Source: Fibrobacterales bacterium
GTDB taxonomy: Bacteria; Fibrobacterota; Fibrobacteria; Fibrobacterales; JAOPTW01
Length of the DNA stretch: 64,000 nt
Assembly (NCBI GenBank): GCA_051532035.1
Contig: JAOPTW010000014.1
Span: 133,470 to 197,469, forward strand
Reading direction: 5' to 3'
Shown: one piece after another, positions 49,948 to 62,470 of the stretch
Layout of the letters: every line of letters begins with the position of its first letter
Position numbering within the stretch: position 1 is the stretch's first letter
Notes under the pieces: generated by a model
Seen by the model: the letters and a program-made list of their open reading frames with translations, nothing else
What the model was told of the DNA's origin: nothing
The model's database searches: none
Position numbers and translations under genes: made by a program

Positions 49948-50424
49948 TTAATTATAGAGTTTACCGAGCTCTTCACTATTTATTTTACGGGCGTCAATAA
50001 TGCGTTTTGCATAGTCAGCCAGAGCAACCTCTTTATCACCCGATGGAGTCCATTTAGGGACTGAGACTGGTTTACCCTGTTCATCTACAGCAACAAAGAC
50101 CATAAGACACCGTATTGCATGGGTCATATCACACTGCTTGGGGTCACATGATTTAATCGCCACTGAGATATGCATGGTAGAGTTGCCCGTATAAATAACT
50201 CGTGCGGTTACCTCAACGAGGCTCCCCACTTTTATAGGGCTACTGAAATTGATATCACCCACAAAGGCGGTTACACAATATTTTTGACTCCAGCCCGTGG
50301 CACAAACATAGCCCGCCTGGTCTAGCCATTTCATAGCCGTACCACCATGGACATTCCCTCCAAAATTTACATCAGAGGGTTGTGCAAGAAAACGTATGGT
50401 CGCTTTGTGATTTTGATTAGACAT
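49948..50424 (-). CDS. acyl-CoA thioesterase (hotdog fold, YciA-like)
   Basis: PSDVNFGGNVHGG..KWLDQAG, TGNSTM, VFVAVDEQGKP. Confidence 0.92.
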   Translation of the reverse strand: MSNQNHKATIRFLAQPSDVNFGGNVHGGTAMKWLDQAGYVCATGWSQKYCVTAFVGDINFSSPIKVGSLVEVTARVIYTGNSTMHISVAIKSCDPKQCDMTHAIRCLMVFVAVDEQGKPVSVPKWTPSGDKEVALADYAKRIIDARKINSEELGKLYN

Positions 50425-50741
50425 AGTGGCATTCCAGTAAAAGTGTTCTCACAGGTAATATACTAATATGGGTTACACTATCGATTTAAAAGAGTGAGTT
50501 GCTCATGTACCTTGATAAAAATGCCAGTTATGTATTGGTTAATCAAAATCAAAACCGTCTGAGTCATCATCATCTGAACCATCGGATTTACCTGCTGCGC
50601 TCCATACATCAGGAGGAAGGGTTATATAAAACCCAGATTGTTATTAGGTGTAAATCCATCTGCATGAGCCACGGGTTGCATGCATAGGAATATTAAAAAT
50701 AAAGTACTGATCAGCTTTTTTATAGTGTATTCATCTCGTCA

Positions 50742-52355
50742 TTAATCGTTATAGATACACCGAATTGACTTTTGATTGATAATATCTTCATGATACACAA
50801 GCAATCTTTGATCATTAATTAATTCATAATCCTCATAGGGGTCAGGATGAACAGATATATACCAATAACGCCCTTCTATTGAAGCTACTGGTCTCGGGCC
50901 CGTTTCATAACTCGATGTCCACCAGCTTGCACGAAACCCTATACCCTTATACGTATCACCTTGTTTCACTCCGGCAGGCACCGCTGAAAAACCAACCGCA
51001 TCAAGACGTTTAAAACTAACATCCCATGCAGCAACAGTATCCATCAGGGCAGGTGCTAACTCACGCCACGCATTATCTTCATAATACCCTTCACCACTGA
51101 TGGTACTTATTGCAGTGGCTAATTCACTAAATTGCTCTTCAGTTGGAGCACTCCATCCCTCTGGGCATATATCTTCAACGCCATCAACACCGCCTGTTGC
51201 AGTATTCCAATTATACAGCCCACCATAAATATCACAATACTCAAGAGAGTCATTATAACAACTACTTCCAATATCTGTTGCCACATTCATATTCTCTTTC
51301 ATCCAAAGCTGATCACCAATTTCAACAACTGAGTAGACCTGGGTTTCTCCCCGTGTATTGGGGCGACTATCGAGAAACGACTTTACTTGTATCACTAAGG
51401 AATCTTTTACATTAAACTGTGGTATTTCAAAATAAGCCACTGTCGTTCCATAAGAGAGAGCAGTAATCTCTCCCTCTTCCAACGATACAATAGCGGGGTC
51501 ATCTATAGTAATGACAACAGAATCATTATATTCAATTGGAGTAACCTGAAATGGCACTACAACAGATATATCGCTAATCGTTGCTTGAAGGGTATCGGTG
51601 CCCACATCAATAGTAGGGACGAATGCTGCACTACTTTGGTAAGTTTCTGATGAAGATATCAAAATTGTGCTACTCAATACGAGTTCACTAGAAGACTCTT
51701 CACTTGAACTACTGCTACTTGGTTGACTTGTATTTTCTTGAAAGTCCACTACAGTACCCGGCATCACTTCTTGCGTAATGGTCTGTACTGAGCCGTCATA
51801 ATCAAGTTTAATACTGCGCTCTCCTTTGGGTACCCCAATCAATATTAGGGTATCTCCTGCAGCGCCAAGCAGAACAATGTCCGTACCCTCAACCCACACC
51901 TGTGCCGACGATATAGTTTCCGGGATAACAACCTGTAACTCAACAGCAGGCTGTACGACTGTTTCAATAGTGATCGTATCAATACCGGTAGTATCGACAT
52001 CATCGGGATCAAGCGTTATAATTTCGCCCCAAATTTCCCTTTCATCATCAATAACTGAGATTTGAACAATCACCTCTTCCTCTGGGAAGGTAAATGCATA
52101 CGCACCATTTTTATCGGTAATATCAATCTGAGTAGACTCTTGAACTATAGCTACCGGTGAATACCCTGCTTTCCTTAAGGTAATTACCGCGCCTTCAACG
52201 GGTGAGTCATCTGGGTAGCGCACTACTCCAGCAAAAGTATTTTCGGTTGCGGTCGCAGTTCCTGCGCTATCACCTAAAGAGCAGCCCCCAAAAAGCGATG
52301 CTAACATAAGGATAAAAGTATAAGATATCTGTTTTCTTAAATAGTTCATAGGCAT
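50742..52355 (-). CDS. lipoprotein with C-terminal FISUMP (Fib_succ_major) domain
   Basis: Lipobox FGGC; DSR..Y.VVEIGDQLWMKENM, YGGLYNW, ICPEGW..P, GFSAVPAG, WWTSS, SIRC. Start is 52355 or 52349. Confidence 0.88.
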   Translation of the reverse strand: MPMNYLRKQISYTFILMLASLFGGCSLGDSAGTATATENTFAGVVRYPDDSPVEGAVITLRKAGYSPVAIVQESTQIDITDKNGAYAFTFPEEEVIVQISVIDDEREIWGEIITLDPDDVDTTGIDTITIETVVQPAVELQVVIPETISSAQVWVEGTDIVLLGAAGDTLILIGVPKGERSIKLDYDGSVQTITQEVMPGTVVDFQENTSQPSSSSSSEESSSELVLSSTILISSSETYQSSAAFVPTIDVGTDTLQATISDISVVVPFQVTPIEYNDSVVITIDDPAIVSLEEGEITALSYGTTVAYFEIPQFNVKDSLVIQVKSFLDSRPNTRGETQVYSVVEIGDQLWMKENMNVATDIGSSCYNDSLEYCDIYGGLYNWNTATGGVDGVEDICPEGWSAPTEEQFSELATAISTISGEGYYEDNAWRELAPALMDTVAAWDVSFKRLDAVGFSAVPAGVKQGDTYKGIGFRASWWTSSYETGPRPVASIEGRYWYISVHPDPYEDYELINDQRLLVYHEDIINQKSIRCIYND

Positions 52356-52697
52356 ATGTTGACATTTTATGTGTGTGAGTCCCAAGCCTAAAGATAACAT
52401 TTATATTAAATATTGCCATTCTTGGAGTCTTCCATACACTTTGGGAGCCTCTACCCCACTCAAACCACCCATTTTACTAAAATGTACTTGTAAACTTTTC
52501 ACAAATAGCCCTAAGGGCGACCTAAATTCAGAAATGTACTACCCCATTTCAGCTATATTTGGTACGTAAGAGAGGAAAAACACCTCTTTATTGACCCTTC
52601 TTCCTTTGGAAGAACAAAACCAGCTGCCATTTCTTTGATTATGACTCTCTCATTTGGTGGCTGGTTTTTTATATCCCCTACGCACATTTCACTGAAT

Positions 52698-53399
52698 TTA
52701 TTTGAAAATCTCGACGTAGCGCCCACTCTTTTTGAGTGCAATAAGGGCCTTGTTGTATGACTCAGCGATCAATTCATTCCCTGCTGAGAAATAACTGTAC
52801 AACCTCAGTTCATCTATTGGTGTTTCAACTTTCCTAATCTCACCAAGCTCAAAACCTGAACTCACTAAATAAGTATCTGCAATCTGTCTATTCATCACAA
52901 AAACCTCGGCTCTTTTAACTTTTAGATAGTTAAATGCCTGTTCAATGCTACTAACCATATAGACATTTAAATTACTCATATAAGTATCAACAAATACATA
53001 CCCTCGTACTTCGACCAATGAATAAGGCTTAAGACTCTCCCATCCGTCAATTGAAATGGAATCAAGCCACGTATACGCAAAGTACGGCTCTATCGATACT
53101 GGTTCAGACACCCTTATGGCACCAGGCACTGTTTCTGCATAATTTTCTACTCGAGCGACTTCTCCATCGATAACTCCCTTTTGTAAGCTCAACGTCCCCC
53201 GTTTCGGAGGAAGCGACATCAATACAATAGGTATTTCCATCTCTTTTGATAACTCACTCATGAACAATGCTACTTTTTTGAAAAGCGCATCTCCTTCAGG
53301 AATAATCGTTGCCATTGTTATTGTTTTTTTAGAGATCTTCTCATCAGCAAATAGTGATACTGCTCCAAGTAATAGTAAACTAAGTATCATTAATTTCAT
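52698..53399 (-). CDS. periplasmic substrate-binding protein (family 3-like)
   Basis: Signal peptide; LPPKRG..LQKGVIDGE, WESLKPY..VRG, YNKALIALKKSGRY. Confidence 0.75.
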   Translation of the reverse strand: MKLMILSLLLLGAVSLFADEKISKKTITMATIIPEGDALFKKVALFMSELSKEMEIPIVLMSLPPKRGTLSLQKGVIDGEVARVENYAETVPGAIRVSEPVSIEPYFAYTWLDSISIDGWESLKPYSLVEVRGYVFVDTYMSNLNVYMVSSIEQAFNYLKVKRAEVFVMNRQIADTYLVSSGFELGEIRKVETPIDELRLYSYFSAGNELIAESYNKALIALKKSGRYVEIFK

Positions 53400-53637
53400 A
53401 TACGCCTCTCATAGTCTCTCTTTCACTATAGAGTATACAATCTACCCCAATAGAATGGGGTAATTAATAGACAATTCTGGGCCTGTACATTCGCATTTGA
53501 CAAAAGTGTAACCCTTCATTAAGTAAGACTTTCTTGAGTTATTATGCTAAAAATCCCATAATTGTATGTTCGTTTGTAAATCACCCACAATTAACATATT
53601 TTGTTTCTGGGCGCAGAAATATCAAGGACATCTCAAG

Positions 53638-55764
<2,127 letters not shown>

Positions 55765-55903
55765 ACTTTTGTTAACATTTTCTTCATCGTAATTACAGTC
55801 ATATACATTTTCAAAAAAATAACTACCATTGCGTTCGCGATTATAGTTTACTATCGCTTTGGACACGCAAACCAATTAACCACATTTTTTAAAAGGAAAA
55901 CTT

Positions 55904-58609
55904 ATGAGAGTATCTATACTCATTCTATGCATTACCCTATGGTCATTTTCATCCTTATGGGCTCAACAACTTTCCACCTCAATTAAAATTGAAGCAGAAG
56001 ATTACTCCAACTACTATGACGCCACCAGTGGCAACTCTGGCGGCGCATACCGAAACGGCAACGTCGATATTGAATCATGCTCCGAAGGAGGCTATAATGT
56101 TGGATGGATCGCTAAAAATGAGTGGCTTGAGTATGAAGTCACCTTATCCCCTGGTGTCTATCAGCTCGACATGCGTCTTGCGACTCCATCAGACAAATAC
56201 GACGGTTACAACATCTATATTGATGGTAACAAAGTAAAAGACGCTGATGATTTTGACAAGTCAGGAAGTTGGCAAGATTGGTTCACCAAAACGAGTGGCG
56301 CCGTTACCGTTACTCAAGCAGGCACTCATACGATACGTATAGAATTTACTGCTCGAGAATTTAACTTCAACTGGTTTACACTGACTGAAATCACCCAAAC
56401 AAATCAGATTGAAGCAGAAGATTATGCCCGTAACTATGACCTATCCTCTTTCACAAGCTGGCCATATCGTGACGGTCCCGTGGGCATTGAAGTAAGCCCA
56501 ACAGGCTACCACGTTGCATATATTAACCAAAATGAATGGCTCGAGTATGATGTCGCACTTGCCCCAGGTAAATACACTGCATATGTGAGAGTAGCGTCAA
56601 TCAATCCCAATAACGAAATCCAATATTCATTTAACGGCATTCAATTCCCCATTACTGAATTTGATGGCAATGGAAGCCCTGTGGGTTGGGCAGACAAAGA
56701 GGTTGGTGTTGTCACCATTAGCAACAGTGGTCTGAATACCGTTCGCCTAGACATGCTCACCAATTCTAATTTCACAATAGACAAAATTATATTCAACCGA
56801 ATCCCTGATGCTCCAACTCCTGTTGAAGCACATGGCCATATTCACGTAAATGGTTCTGCAATTGAAGGTCAAAATGGCCCCGTCCAACTGCGTGGCGTTT
56901 CTACCTATTGGAGTAATTGGCATGGAAAGTATTTTAATAAAGAGATTGTCCATTGGCTCTCTGACGACTGGAATATTGATGTAGTTCGTGCCCACATGGC
57001 CGTAGATTTTGGAAGTGGATACATTGAAGATCCTGCTGTAAACAAAGCACGTATCTTTGATGTTGTTGATGGTGCAATTGAAACAGGACGATATGCTATT
57101 ATCTCTTGGCATGCGGACCAACTCTTTGACTACATTCCTCAAGCACAAGCATTTTTTGCTGAAGCAGCAGCACGCTACTCACAATACCCCAATGTCTTTT
57201 TTGAAATAGCTGCAGAGCCTACACAATATAGCTGGGCAAATCTTAAAAGCTACGCAGAACAAATCATTCCATCAATTCGCCCCTATACAGACAATCTCAT
57301 CATTATGGGGACGCCTAACTGGAATCAAAATGTTGATGAAGTGGTTTCTGATAAGGTTAACGATATGAATTTAGCCTACAGCTTGAATTTTATTGCGGGT
57401 GCACATGATGGTGCCTTAAAAGCTAAAGCAAAATATGCTCTCAATAACAATGTTCCACTCTTTGTTACTCAATGGAAAACTACTGACCTCAGTGGCTACA
57501 CCTTTGATGAACAAGCGTCAAAAGGGTGGCTTGACTTTATGTTTCAGAATAGAATCAGCTGGGTCAATGGCTTTATCTACTCCAGTTCAAGCAAAGAATA
57601 TGCTGCATTAAAAAGTAGTGCCTCATCAAGAGGGAATTGGCAACTATCAGATCTCAGTGACGACGGTCTCTTTATACGCAACGCACTCCTCAACCCACCA
57701 TCAAGCCTAACCCCTGTAGAATACTATGGAGACCTCACAACATCTGATGCACACATCATAAGTCGTAACACCCATCAACCAACTCAACTGAGAGGCACCT
57801 CTCTGTATTGGACAAACTGGAGTGCCGCATGGTACAATGCTTCAATTGTCAATTGGCTTAAGACAGACTGGAATAGCGATATTATACGCGCCAAAATGGC
57901 CATTACAGAACCTGGTGGATACCTTGATGACCCTGTTGGGAATACAGAGAGTGTAGAAAGAATTATAGATGCTGCCATTGACAAAGGAATGTATGTTGTT
58001 GTCAGTTGGTATATTTATCAAGGTGCAGACAGCTATCTCACTCAAGCTCAAACGTTCTTCTCAGAAATTGCACAAAAGTATGGACAGTATGACAATGTAA
58101 TTTTCGAAATTTATGGTCAACCCACCCAAATTCCGTGGGACGAAATTAAATGGTATGCAGAAGCGATTAGCCCATCAATACGTCAAAATAGTGACAATCT
58201 CATTATTGTTGGTACTCCAAATTGGAACCAACATGTTTACGACCCCGTACAAGACCCAGTCAATGTATCAAATATTGCATACGCTCTAAACTTTGCAGCA
58301 GGAACCCATGGACAATACTTAAGAGATAACGCTCAGTATGCCATAGATAATGATATTCCTCTATTTGTATCAAGTTGGCAAACCACAGATGCATCGAGTA
58401 CCGGAGCCCTTGACCTTGTCGAGTCAAGACTCTGGATGGATTTTTTAAATACCAATCATATATCATGGTGCAATTATGCCACATTTAACAAAGCAAACGA
58501 AACCAACATGTCAGTATATTCTTGGTCAAGCCCTTTAGGTAATTGGAGTTCAAATGATTTAACTCCGAGTGGAGTGTGGGTAAGAGACCTATTAAGATCA
58601 TACCCATAA
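55904..58609 (+). CDS. CBM6-CBM6-GH5-GH5 secreted protein; both GH5 domains catalytically degenerate
   Basis: IEAEDY..VGWI..EWLEY twice; two GH5_2-like domains (QLRG.S..W, DW..D..RA.M, GTPNWNQ). Acid/base sites read AEP and GQP; nucleophile sites read FVTQW and FVSSW. Confidence 0.88.
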   Translation: MRVSILILCITLWSFSSLWAQQLSTSIKIEAEDYSNYYDATSGNSGGAYRNGNVDIESCSEGGYNVGWIAKNEWLEYEVTLSPGVYQLDMRLATPSDKYDGYNIYIDGNKVKDADDFDKSGSWQDWFTKTSGAVTVTQAGTHTIRIEFTAREFNFNWFTLTEITQTNQIEAEDYARNYDLSSFTSWPYRDGPVGIEVSPTGYHVAYINQNEWLEYDVALAPGKYTAYVRVASINPNNEIQYSFNGIQFPITEFDGNGSPVGWADKEVGVVTISNSGLNTVRLDMLTNSNFTIDKIIFNRIPDAPTPVEAHGHIHVNGSAIEGQNGPVQLRGVSTYWSNWHGKYFNKEIVHWLSDDWNIDVVRAHMAVDFGSGYIEDPAVNKARIFDVVDGAIETGRYAIISWHADQLFDYIPQAQAFFAEAAARYSQYPNVFFEIAAEPTQYSWANLKSYAEQIIPSIRPYTDNLIIMGTPNWNQNVDEVVSDKVNDMNLAYSLNFIAGAHDGALKAKAKYALNNNVPLFVTQWKTTDLSGYTFDEQASKGWLDFMFQNRISWVNGFIYSSSSKEYAALKSSASSRGNWQLSDLSDDGLFIRNALLNPPSSLTPVEYYGDLTTSDAHIISRNTHQPTQLRGTSLYWTNWSAAWYNASIVNWLKTDWNSDIIRAKMAITEPGGYLDDPVGNTESVERIIDAAIDKGMYVVVSWYIYQGADSYLTQAQTFFSEIAQKYGQYDNVIFEIYGQPTQIPWDEIKWYAEAISPSIRQNSDNLIIVGTPNWNQHVYDPVQDPVNVSNIAYALNFAAGTHGQYLRDNAQYAIDNDIPLFVSSWQTTDASSTGALDLVESRLWMDFLNTNHISWCNYATFNKANETNMSVYSWSSPLGNWSSNDLTPSGVWVRDLLRSYP

Positions 58610-58632
58610 ATACAGTACTTCTATAGTTTACT

Positions 58633-58670
58633 AAAAGAGCGTGATACTCATAGTATCGCGCTCTTTTTTT
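58633..58670 (+). terminator. intrinsic terminator
   Basis: AAAAGAGCGTGATACT-loop-AGTATCGCGCTCTTTTTTT. Confidence 0.85.
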
Positions 58671-58747
58671 ATTAACACATCAATGCGATGATTTCGGTGA
58701 ATACTATGCAGCTTCTTATGCTTCATTAGACATGGCCTCCGTACCAT

Positions 58748-58789
58748 TGCATGACCCGTCCGCTACCCTGCATGACCCATCTGCTACTC
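58748..58789. repeat. 21-bp imperfect tandem duplication
   Basis: TGCATGACCCGTCCGCTACCC followed by TGCATGACCCATCTGCTACTC. Confidence 0.7.
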
Positions 58790-59378
58790 TTGCTACATGT
58801 GTCTAGTATAAAGCAATTATCTTATCCTTAATCGGGAGTGTTCACGACTACCGAGTTCACTCATACTGCACTTCACCGAGGGCGCACGGCAAAATAGCTT
58901 CTCAAATATCCCAGTGGAGTGAGACCACACTGCGGTTTTGTTTTTGATTCATGCTCACTACAGAGACAAGCTTACTTGTTGAATGAGCTACCAGTCTATA
59001 CGACTCATACTTATCGAGTACAGTGCTCAGTCACACTGCGGAAATAAAGGTTCACCACGGGTGAAGGGGTATCGCACATTGGGGAATGGTTAGGCGGCAT
59101 GGCATTAGACAACCTTACTATTAGAGAAACCTTATGGGTTTATTGGGATAGTAAATGTTTTACGGTATATCGGTTGTGTTGCATACGACTTATACATGGC
59201 CACACGGGAGAAATAAAAGTCTACCTTACATTAAGTGGTATCGTATATTGCAGAATAGATGGACGATATGGTATTAGGTAAGGTTACCACGTGAGCTATC
59301 TACCCCTCTATGCATAAGGGTAAGAGGGTAATTATACTTACCTAATGAAAACACTCGTTTCTAATTCGATTCATTGTG

Positions 59379-61340
59379 TCACTGACAAATTTTCCCACCA
59401 ATAAAGCTCACTCCCGTGGACACCGAAATATCATTAACATTATTCGAATCTATTACCCAACTATAGGTACAATTTGTCAATTGTGATGGGTCCGCAGCAT
59501 TGATTCTCACTCCACCACCATCAATAACATCGTAGTCTCCTGACAAGAGTGGGTATCGGTATCGATATTTAAAATCTGTAGAATACCCACCCCAAAAACC
59601 ACTCGCTTGAATTCCTTCTAAGGACTCAACAGTATAATCACCTACAGCAACAAATACAAATTGATTCAGGTGATTTTCAGCAACCTTATCAAGGGTTTCC
59701 CAAGGGAAAAGTGCACTACTTGATGCTACAGTATCAGATCCCAATGGGGACACCCACATATAACTCGCACGTCCTACTACATTATTGTATACCAAGGAAT
59801 TTGCATGATCATCACGACCTGAAATAGCGCCTCCCTCATTGTAGGCAAACTCAGCTTTAATTCCATTATAATCACCATAAATTGACCACACCATACCATC
59901 CATAACTGAAAGAGAATAACCTGATCCAATATAATTCCCTAGTACTTTTGGGGCTGAGTTGTAAGAAGCAATATTTCCCCCTTTAATCCATGCCGTTTCA
60001 GGATTAGTGTGGTGACGCGTTATACCATTTTGACTCAAATAATTACTTACGATATACAGCGAATCACTTGAATTTACAACATGGATACCCGCTCCATGTT
60101 TATCAAAACTATCATCATCATAGACACACACCTTGTTATTCTCTAACACAAATCCTTCTACAATAGTATAGTGTGTAATATCTTCTGCAGTCATCAATGG
60201 ATGTCCACAGGTATCAATACTAATAGCCCCCTGGTATTTATCAATTACCGATCTATAGACTGAAAATGAGAGATCTCGCTGATTAAAACTATTATCAAAT
60301 CCACCAAGTAAATGGACGCCATTCCGTATTCGAATTGTAGAGTCTCCTTGACCAGCATTACTGTAATTCCCCAATGCAACTCGTATCTCTTCTATTAAAG
60401 GCATTGTATCAACAACAGAAAGAGCTTTTTGAATCTGCCTGAATGGATTACCACTCGTACCATCTCCTAGTTCATCCGACCCCGTTTGTGAAACATACAG
60501 CCGTGTTAACAGTGGAATAACGACTGCATCACTACTTGATAACACTTCATCACTACTTGATACCGGTTGATCACTTGAATCACTTGAATCACTTGACACT
60601 GAAACCAAACTCGAACTTAAATTCTCAGAACTACTTAATAAGTCTTCATCCAAAGAACTACTACTCACCACCTCTACAGGCTGTTGATCAAGATAAGGAA
60701 TCGTTGGAACAGCTCGTTCACCAACCTGGGTATTATTTACCATGAAGATTATCGTGTACTCAGCTTTGGGTACTTTTATAAATGAAAGGCTATCACCACC
60801 CACTTGTGTTCCAAAATAATCGGTACCCAATACCCACACAAGAGTTTCTATGCCATCTCCCGGTACTGGAATAATGAGTCGTTCGCTCTTATCCATCATG
60901 GGTGATTGGATCACATCTATCAAAAGGGGGTTCAGGCTATCAATAAAATGTGCATAGCCAATACTATCTTTGGGGTGCAACTCTTTGAACTCGAGAGTAT
61001 AGGTTGTGTCTGGCTGATACAACCTATACGAACCATTTTCATCAGTAGTATCACGACAGATTATATCACACACTGTAATTGAATCATCAAGGGGTGTTTC
61101 TACTGCTGCAATTTTTAACAGAGCTGGGCTTGAGCTATTTTCATAATCGGGAGAATAGAGTGCAGAACGAAGGGTAACCTCAACCTGTGGCGCGTAGAGC
61201 CCATCGGGATAAGTAACCTGACCAGCAATAGTATTATCAGTTTGGGTCATGGTTCCAGAATTTATTATTGCGTCCGGTTCTGTTGCACAGTTACTCAATA
61301 AGAATAACCCTATCATACTTATGATTATAGAATGTAACAC
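59379..61340 (-). CDS. lipoprotein with DUF1565-like / beta-helix domains
   Basis: Lipobox LSNC; GTMTQTDNTIAGQV; LYVSQTGSD..GDGTSGNPFRQIQKAL, with a second copy WVSPLGSD..FPWETL. Confidence 0.75.
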   Translation of the reverse strand: MLHSIIISMIGLFLLSNCATEPDAIINSGTMTQTDNTIAGQVTYPDGLYAPQVEVTLRSALYSPDYENSSSPALLKIAAVETPLDDSITVCDIICRDTTDENGSYRLYQPDTTYTLEFKELHPKDSIGYAHFIDSLNPLLIDVIQSPMMDKSERLIIPVPGDGIETLVWVLGTDYFGTQVGGDSLSFIKVPKAEYTIIFMVNNTQVGERAVPTIPYLDQQPVEVVSSSSLDEDLLSSSENLSSSLVSVSSDSSDSSDQPVSSSDEVLSSSDAVVIPLLTRLYVSQTGSDELGDGTSGNPFRQIQKALSVVDTMPLIEEIRVALGNYSNAGQGDSTIRIRNGVHLLGGFDNSFNQRDLSFSVYRSVIDKYQGAISIDTCGHPLMTAEDITHYTIVEGFVLENNKVCVYDDDSFDKHGAGIHVVNSSDSLYIVSNYLSQNGITRHHTNPETAWIKGGNIASYNSAPKVLGNYIGSGYSLSVMDGMVWSIYGDYNGIKAEFAYNEGGAISGRDDHANSLVYNNVVGRASYMWVSPLGSDTVASSSALFPWETLDKVAENHLNQFVFVAVGDYTVESLEGIQASGFWGGYSTDFKYRYRYPLLSGDYDVIDGGGVRINAADPSQLTNCTYSWVIDSNNVNDISVSTGVSFIGGKICQ

Positions 61341-61353
61341 TGGTGCCCCTCGA

Positions 61354-62190
61354 TTATTTTTTTTGTGTTAACGGAAAAAACTGCATGTTAAATTGATAGA
61401 CGTATTCTTCGTCACTGTCAGTTTCAATTTTTTCAAACATGTCTTCTTTCAGTTTATTTAACTTCTCTAAAAAAAGTTCATATCGATCTTTTGAAATACC
61501 AAAAGTGAGCGATGAAATGGAGCGATCTTCTCTCGGAATACTCGCAATAGATCGCTCGCCCATGCGCATCATATTAACCTGGTAGTTTTGAATCACTGAT
61601 GGCCCTACTTCACTTCCAGAACGTATCAATGGATCACTCGCCTTCCAGAATCCTGACTGACTTTTTTCTATAAGACCAAGCTGGTATAGAGTATCAAAAG
61701 CTTGAGTAACTTCTGTAACCTTAATGGGAGGATTGAGAAATTGAGCTATCTCATCAAAATTATTATCATCAATATCTATAATACAGAGTGATTCACGTAT
61801 TGCTACATTATACCAATGCTTGTAGTAAAGCTTTTGGTACTGCTGAAGAGTTTTATGTTTCTTAACTGGTATAAAGGCAATTAACCGTTCAAGACGCTCA
61901 GCTTTCATTGTTTCGGTCTTAGCATTATCTACATGGACCATCAAACTGAGATATTCTTGTTCATGCTTGGTCAACTTAATGGCCTTGGCAAATTTAGGCA
62001 CCATTTTTTGAGAAAGGTTACTGGTCCCTTTTAAGATACCGGCAAAAAGCCCCAAAGAATTATATCCAGCTTTTTGCATAAAGTAACGATGAGAGAAAAC
62101 AGGATTATTCTCTTTTTGAATATCGTAGTAATCATTTAAATACTTCCGATAATCTCTATACTCATATATGTTTAGATGTTGATTCTTCAT
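61354..62190 (-). CDS. TIGR02147 (DUF4423) family protein
   Basis: IYEYRDYRKYL.DYY..FSHR, WYNVAIRE, RSISSLT, VYQFNMQFFPLT. Confidence 0.9.
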   Translation of the reverse strand: MKNQHLNIYEYRDYRKYLNDYYDIQKENNPVFSHRYFMQKAGYNSLGLFAGILKGTSNLSQKMVPKFAKAIKLTKHEQEYLSLMVHVDNAKTETMKAERLERLIAFIPVKKHKTLQQYQKLYYKHWYNVAIRESLCIIDIDDNNFDEIAQFLNPPIKVTEVTQAFDTLYQLGLIEKSQSGFWKASDPLIRSGSEVGPSVIQNYQVNMMRMGERSIASIPREDRSISSLTFGISKDRYELFLEKLNKLKEDMFEKIETDSDEEYVYQFNMQFFPLTQKK

Positions 62191-62470
62191 GCCCTCATGT
62201 ATCTACAAAAACTGAACATGGTTGACCGGCACAAAAATAAATCACTCGATACTTTTGCCACCAATGAGCCTGCTCACCTCGTAGAACATCCTATATATCC
62301 CAGATCTTACTAGATAGCATTTTTTACAAACATTTAAACAGCATTTTGTGTAAAAAATTGAATACAACAATCTCGCACAGTGTCTCTTATACAAAAAGAT
62401 TTCTTACCAAAAAATATTTTTGTGGAAAGCAGCTCAATAGCCACTTGCTATTTCAGCACCGCTGTATCAA

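Noticed and set aside
50540..50640. Minus-strand acidic peptide TLPPDVWSAAGKSDGSDDDDSDGFDFD* as a gene remnant
   Set aside because: Too short, no start codon and no recognisable family.
59040..59281. MORN-like FTTGEGVSHIGEW and 60-aa ORF 59099..59281
   Set aside because: Single weak motif with no supporting repeats.
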